Source: Candidatus Moranbacteria bacterium UBA1362 (GTDB taxonomy: Bacteria; Patescibacteriota; Minisyncoccia; Moranbacterales; GWC2-37-73). From it: a stretch of 64,000 bases of DNA. Position numbers and translations under genes: made by a program. Under the pieces are notes generated by a model. The model had not been told where the DNA came from and made no database searches. It saw only the letters and a list, made by a program, of their open reading frames with translations. The stretch is taken from positions 10,690 to 74,689 of the forward strand of contig DBRS01000014.1 in the NCBI GenBank assembly GCA_002306085.1. The letters are read 5' to 3'. Every line of letters starts with the position of its first letter. Within the stretch, counting starts at the first letter, position 1. Shown piece after piece: positions 61,092 to 64,000 of this stretch.

Positions 61092-61327
61092 GGCTTAAAA
61101 ATGGGCCGGATCTTGAATAACGCATCTGTCTTATCACTTGTTTTTGCGGCGTTTTTCGCGGTTGTCGCCATCGGCATGATTTTGATCGGCTTTGCTTTCA
61201 ATATGTTTTTCTGACAAAAGTAACGGCTTTTCCCGATATTTCGATTTTTTCACGAGAAGCATGTTATTCATCAATTAACATATTCTGTTTTTGTGATAGA
61301 ATATGAACATAACATTAATACAAAAAA

Positions 61328-61564
61328 ATGAACCACAAAAGGCTTGAAGTTTTTCTGGAGTTCCTGTGTTTTGGAGTGATCATGGGCGTTATTGAAGACA
61401 TGATCGCAGTCAGAATCACATCAGGAACACCTATAACATGGAAGGTTTTCGGAGTCATCGTTTTAATAGCGATTCCTTTTGCCTTCATCGGAGAAATGAT
61501 CGTCGACAAGATCAACTTTGTGAAGCTTTTCAGAAGATTCTTTTCAAAAAAACGAAGGGCATAG
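61328..61564 (+). CDS. Small 2-TM membrane protein
   Basis: EFLCFGVIMGVIEDMIA...IAIPFAFIGE. Confidence 0.7.
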   Translation: MNHKRLEVFLEFLCFGVIMGVIEDMIAVRITSGTPITWKVFGVIVLIAIPFAFIGEMIVDKINFVKLFRRFFSKKRRA

Positions 61565-61744
61565 AAAAAACAGCAAAACAAAATCGAAGCGCCGCAAGGC
61601 GTTTTTTTGTTTGCCGACATCCCTTCCCTGTTCATGCGGAGGATCCAATGATGAGCAATGTTCATCCCGATCACTGGCGACAGAAGACGAAAAAATTCTG
61701 TTTGTACTAAATGTAGGCATGATAATTAATTAATCTTCAAAAAA

Positions 61745-62128
61745 ATGGACAAAAAATACATCGACGGTTTTGTTCTTGCGGTTCCGAAAGAAAAACTTGA
61801 CTCTTATCGCGAGATGGCCCAAAAGATGGCAAAACTTATGAAAAAATACGGCGCCCTGAAATATATCGAGGCTGTCGGAGAAGACATGAATCCGAAAATG
61901 ATGGAAGGCATGGAAATTGCGAAATTCCCGCAGATGGTCCAGGCCAGGCCCGACGAAGTTGTGATGTTTTCCTTCATCGTTTTCGAATCCCGCGCGCATC
62001 GCGATGAAGTAAACGCCAGGGTCATGAAGGATCCCTTTTTGAATGATTATGAGATGAAGGAAAAAATGATGCCTTTTGACATGAAACGCATGGCCTACGG
62101 CGGATTTGAAGTCATCGTGGAAAGCTGA
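61745..62128 (+). CDS. DUF1428 (YbaA-like) protein
   Basis: YIDGFVLAVP, RAHRDEVNARVMKDP, MPFDMKRMAYGGF. Confidence 0.92.
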   Translation: MDKKYIDGFVLAVPKEKLDSYREMAQKMAKLMKKYGALKYIEAVGEDMNPKMMEGMEIAKFPQMVQARPDEVVMFSFIVFESRAHRDEVNARVMKDPFLNDYEMKEKMMPFDMKRMAYGGFEVIVES

Positions 62129-62143
62129 AAGTCCGGCATCTTC

Positions 62144-62172
62144 AAAAAACCCGCTGTACTGGCGGGTTTTTT
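62144..62172. terminator. Bidirectional terminator
   Basis: AAAAAACCCGC-tgtactg-GCGGGTTTTTT between convergent genes. Confidence 0.75.
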
Positions 62173-62265
62173 ACACGCATAATTTTTGTTTGCGAACTTT
62201 TCTTAAATCCAGGATAATTGAAGTAACATGAGAAGTCACGTGACCCCTCACGTTACCTTGCGTCA

Positions 62266-63069
62266 TCAGTCGTAAGGCAACGCGCCGAGTGCGGAATAGC
62301 GTTCATTGAGGCTGCCGAAAATCTCCATATCTTCTTCGCTTATTTCAAAATCAAAAATATCAATATTTTCTTCAAGATGCGGCTTTTGATTCGCTTTTGG
62401 AATCGGCACCGTTCCAAGCTGCAAATTCCAGCGCAGCAGCAGTTGCGCCGGCGATTTTTTGTATTTTTCCGCAAGCTGCGCAAGACGCGCATCATCAAGA
62501 CGATCGGTCCTTGTAAGCGGACTGTATGCCTGGATGACAATGTCGTTTTCCCTGCAATAGCTAAACATTGCCATGCTGTGTCCGAAAGGGCTCCATTCTA
62601 TTTGATTAACTGCCGGCACTTCACCGGTTGCCGACGCAAGCTCGTTGATAAGACTCATCGAGTAATTGCTCACGCCTATATCCCTTGCTATTCCCTCGTC
62701 TCTTGCCCTGATCAATCCCTTCCATAAATCTTCTCCTGCTCCTGTTTCCGGAGGGCGGTGAATAAGAATAAGATCTGCGTAATCCAATCCCATTTCTTTC
62801 ACATATGATTTTGAAGCTTCGTACGCATCGTCTATTTCTTCAATTTTTGTGACGATATACAGCTTTTCGCGCGGAACGTTGCTTGTTCTTATCGCCTCGC
62901 CTGCGGCCGGCTGCGTTCCATAGTCCGACGCAGTATCAATCATGCGGTATCCGATGTCTATGGCATGCCGCACCGTGCCGGCGGTATCCCTGGTAAGCTG
63001 CCACGTGCCAAGTCCCATGACGGGCATTCGGCGCCCGGTGCGCAAATTTATTTTTGATTCTATATCCAT
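62266..63069 (-). CDS. Aldo/keto reductase
   Basis: GLGTW, IDTASDYG, DLILIH, IGVSNY, NQIE, IPK. Confidence 0.94.
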   Translation of the reverse strand: MDIESKINLRTGRRMPVMGLGTWQLTRDTAGTVRHAIDIGYRMIDTASDYGTQPAAGEAIRTSNVPREKLYIVTKIEEIDDAYEASKSYVKEMGLDYADLILIHRPPETGAGEDLWKGLIRARDEGIARDIGVSNYSMSLINELASATGEVPAVNQIEWSPFGHSMAMFSYCRENDIVIQAYSPLTRTDRLDDARLAQLAEKYKKSPAQLLLRWNLQLGTVPIPKANQKPHLEENIDIFDFEISEEDMEIFGSLNERYSALGALPYD

Positions 63070-63235
63070 AATAATAAAATTTTGTCTTCAAATTTATACA
63101 AACAAGCCTTGACGATTATTGCGCATACTGCGCGCATGCAAAAAAATCGAAAATAGTTTTGTATTAGTATCGGAGCCGTATGATGGCACTAATTAGTGTA
63201 ATAGAATGATACGGTAAAATAATAAAACAAAATTT

Positions 63236-63403
63236 ATGGAAAAAATCAAAGTCGAAAACCACACATTCACAGGATTTTCATGGTTCGCAGGTTGGCTTTT
63301 TACGATCGGCTTCCTCAAACTCACATTCTGGAAAGGAGCGCTTGCCTTGATCGTCTGGCCTTATTACATCGGACAATATATCAACGCATTGACGCAAAAC
63401 TAA
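63236..63403 (+). CDS. Small membrane protein (55 aa)
   Basis: Manually translated: MEKIKVENHTFTGFSWFAGWLFTIGFLKLTFWKGALALIVWPYYIG... Confidence 0.7.
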   Translation: MEKIKVENHTFTGFSWFAGWLFTIGFLKLTFWKGALALIVWPYYIGQYINALTQN

Positions 63404-63439
63404 ATCTTTGCGGATAATTTCATAACAATTTGTATACAT

Positions 63440-63814
63440 ATGAAAAACATATTTTCGCGCGGATATGCAGAAATGATTATCCGTTGGTCTCCTCGTGTTC
63501 TGGGATTGGGATTCGTCTTGTTTCTCTCCCTTTTCGCTTTTGACGTGTTTGAGGGAGAATTCAACGCCAAGATGCTGCTGGGGTTTTTCATCCATCTTCT
63601 ACCTTCCCTAACGCTGCTCGCGATAGTCATTGCTTCGTGGAAATGGGAACTTGTCGGAGCGGTCTGCTTCTTTTCTTTCGCAATATTCTACGTGTGGAGC
63701 ATCGGATTGGGACGCCCTTGTAGCCGGTATGCTTTCATATCTGGACCGGCCGCGATCGTCGCCGCACTATTTTTCATGAGCTGGCTCCAAAAAAGAAAGT
63801 CGCTGAAAAAATAA
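63440..63814 (+). CDS. 4-TM membrane protein
   Basis: WSPRVL..FLSLFAFDVF..FFIHLLP. Confidence 0.7.
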   Translation: MKNIFSRGYAEMIIRWSPRVLGLGFVLFLSLFAFDVFEGEFNAKMLLGFFIHLLPSLTLLAIVIASWKWELVGAVCFFSFAIFYVWSIGLGRPCSRYAFISGPAAIVAALFFMSWLQKRKSLKK

Positions 63815-63887
63815 CTATTCTAACGCAGACTGAACGCGCATGCAACATGCAAGAAGACCAACCGCATGTGATGGTCTTCTTTTTCTT

Positions 63888-64000
63888 TTACCTTCCTTCG
63901 GATTTTTTCCCCTTATTGATCAGCTCTCTGACTCTCTTTCCTCCCATCTGTCCAAGCTCCCGATACCCTTCATGCCCGAGCTCCTGTTTTCTCGTGTTTC
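63888..64000 (-). CDS. Em/GsiB-like hydrophilic stress protein (C-terminal part)
   Basis: Manually translated: ..[30 protein letters not shown].. Confidence 0.7.
   Translation of the reverse strand, partial: NTRKQELGHEGYRELGQMGGKRVRELINKGKKSEGR

Overview
64 kb of an AT-rich bacterial chromosome using genetic code 11. Gene content and style (short ObgE and MetG, Shine-Dalgarno-less core genes, many small orphan membrane proteins) suggest Patescibacteria/CPR, possibly Moranbacteria-like; this is inference. The left ~36 kb is mostly housekeeping: smpB-tmRNA, infC-rpmI-rplT, a complete F1Fo atp operon, tatD, metG, obgE, dus, rarA and a MacAB-like exporter. The right ~28 kb is accessory: two tandem diguanylate cyclases, a 3-gene exopolysaccharide locus, small stress proteins, and a RAYT plus ars-type island between two convergent tRNA-Asn(GTT) genes. 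Highlights: (1) a hyaluronan-synthase-like GT2 fused to an AlgG-like C5-epimerase (YGIDPHD), between a nucleotide-sugar dehydrogenase and a lyase-like beta-helix protein; (2) a tRNA-Asn split inside its anticodon (35/36) by a 547-nt group I intron carrying an HNH ORF broken exactly at an A_AAA_AAG slippery heptamer; (3) hairpins built from 7-8 nt tandem repeats at most junctions of the atp and infC-rplT operons, two of which bracket a complete antisense mini-gene cassette between atpH and atpA. All calls are from reading the sequence; no database searches were run.
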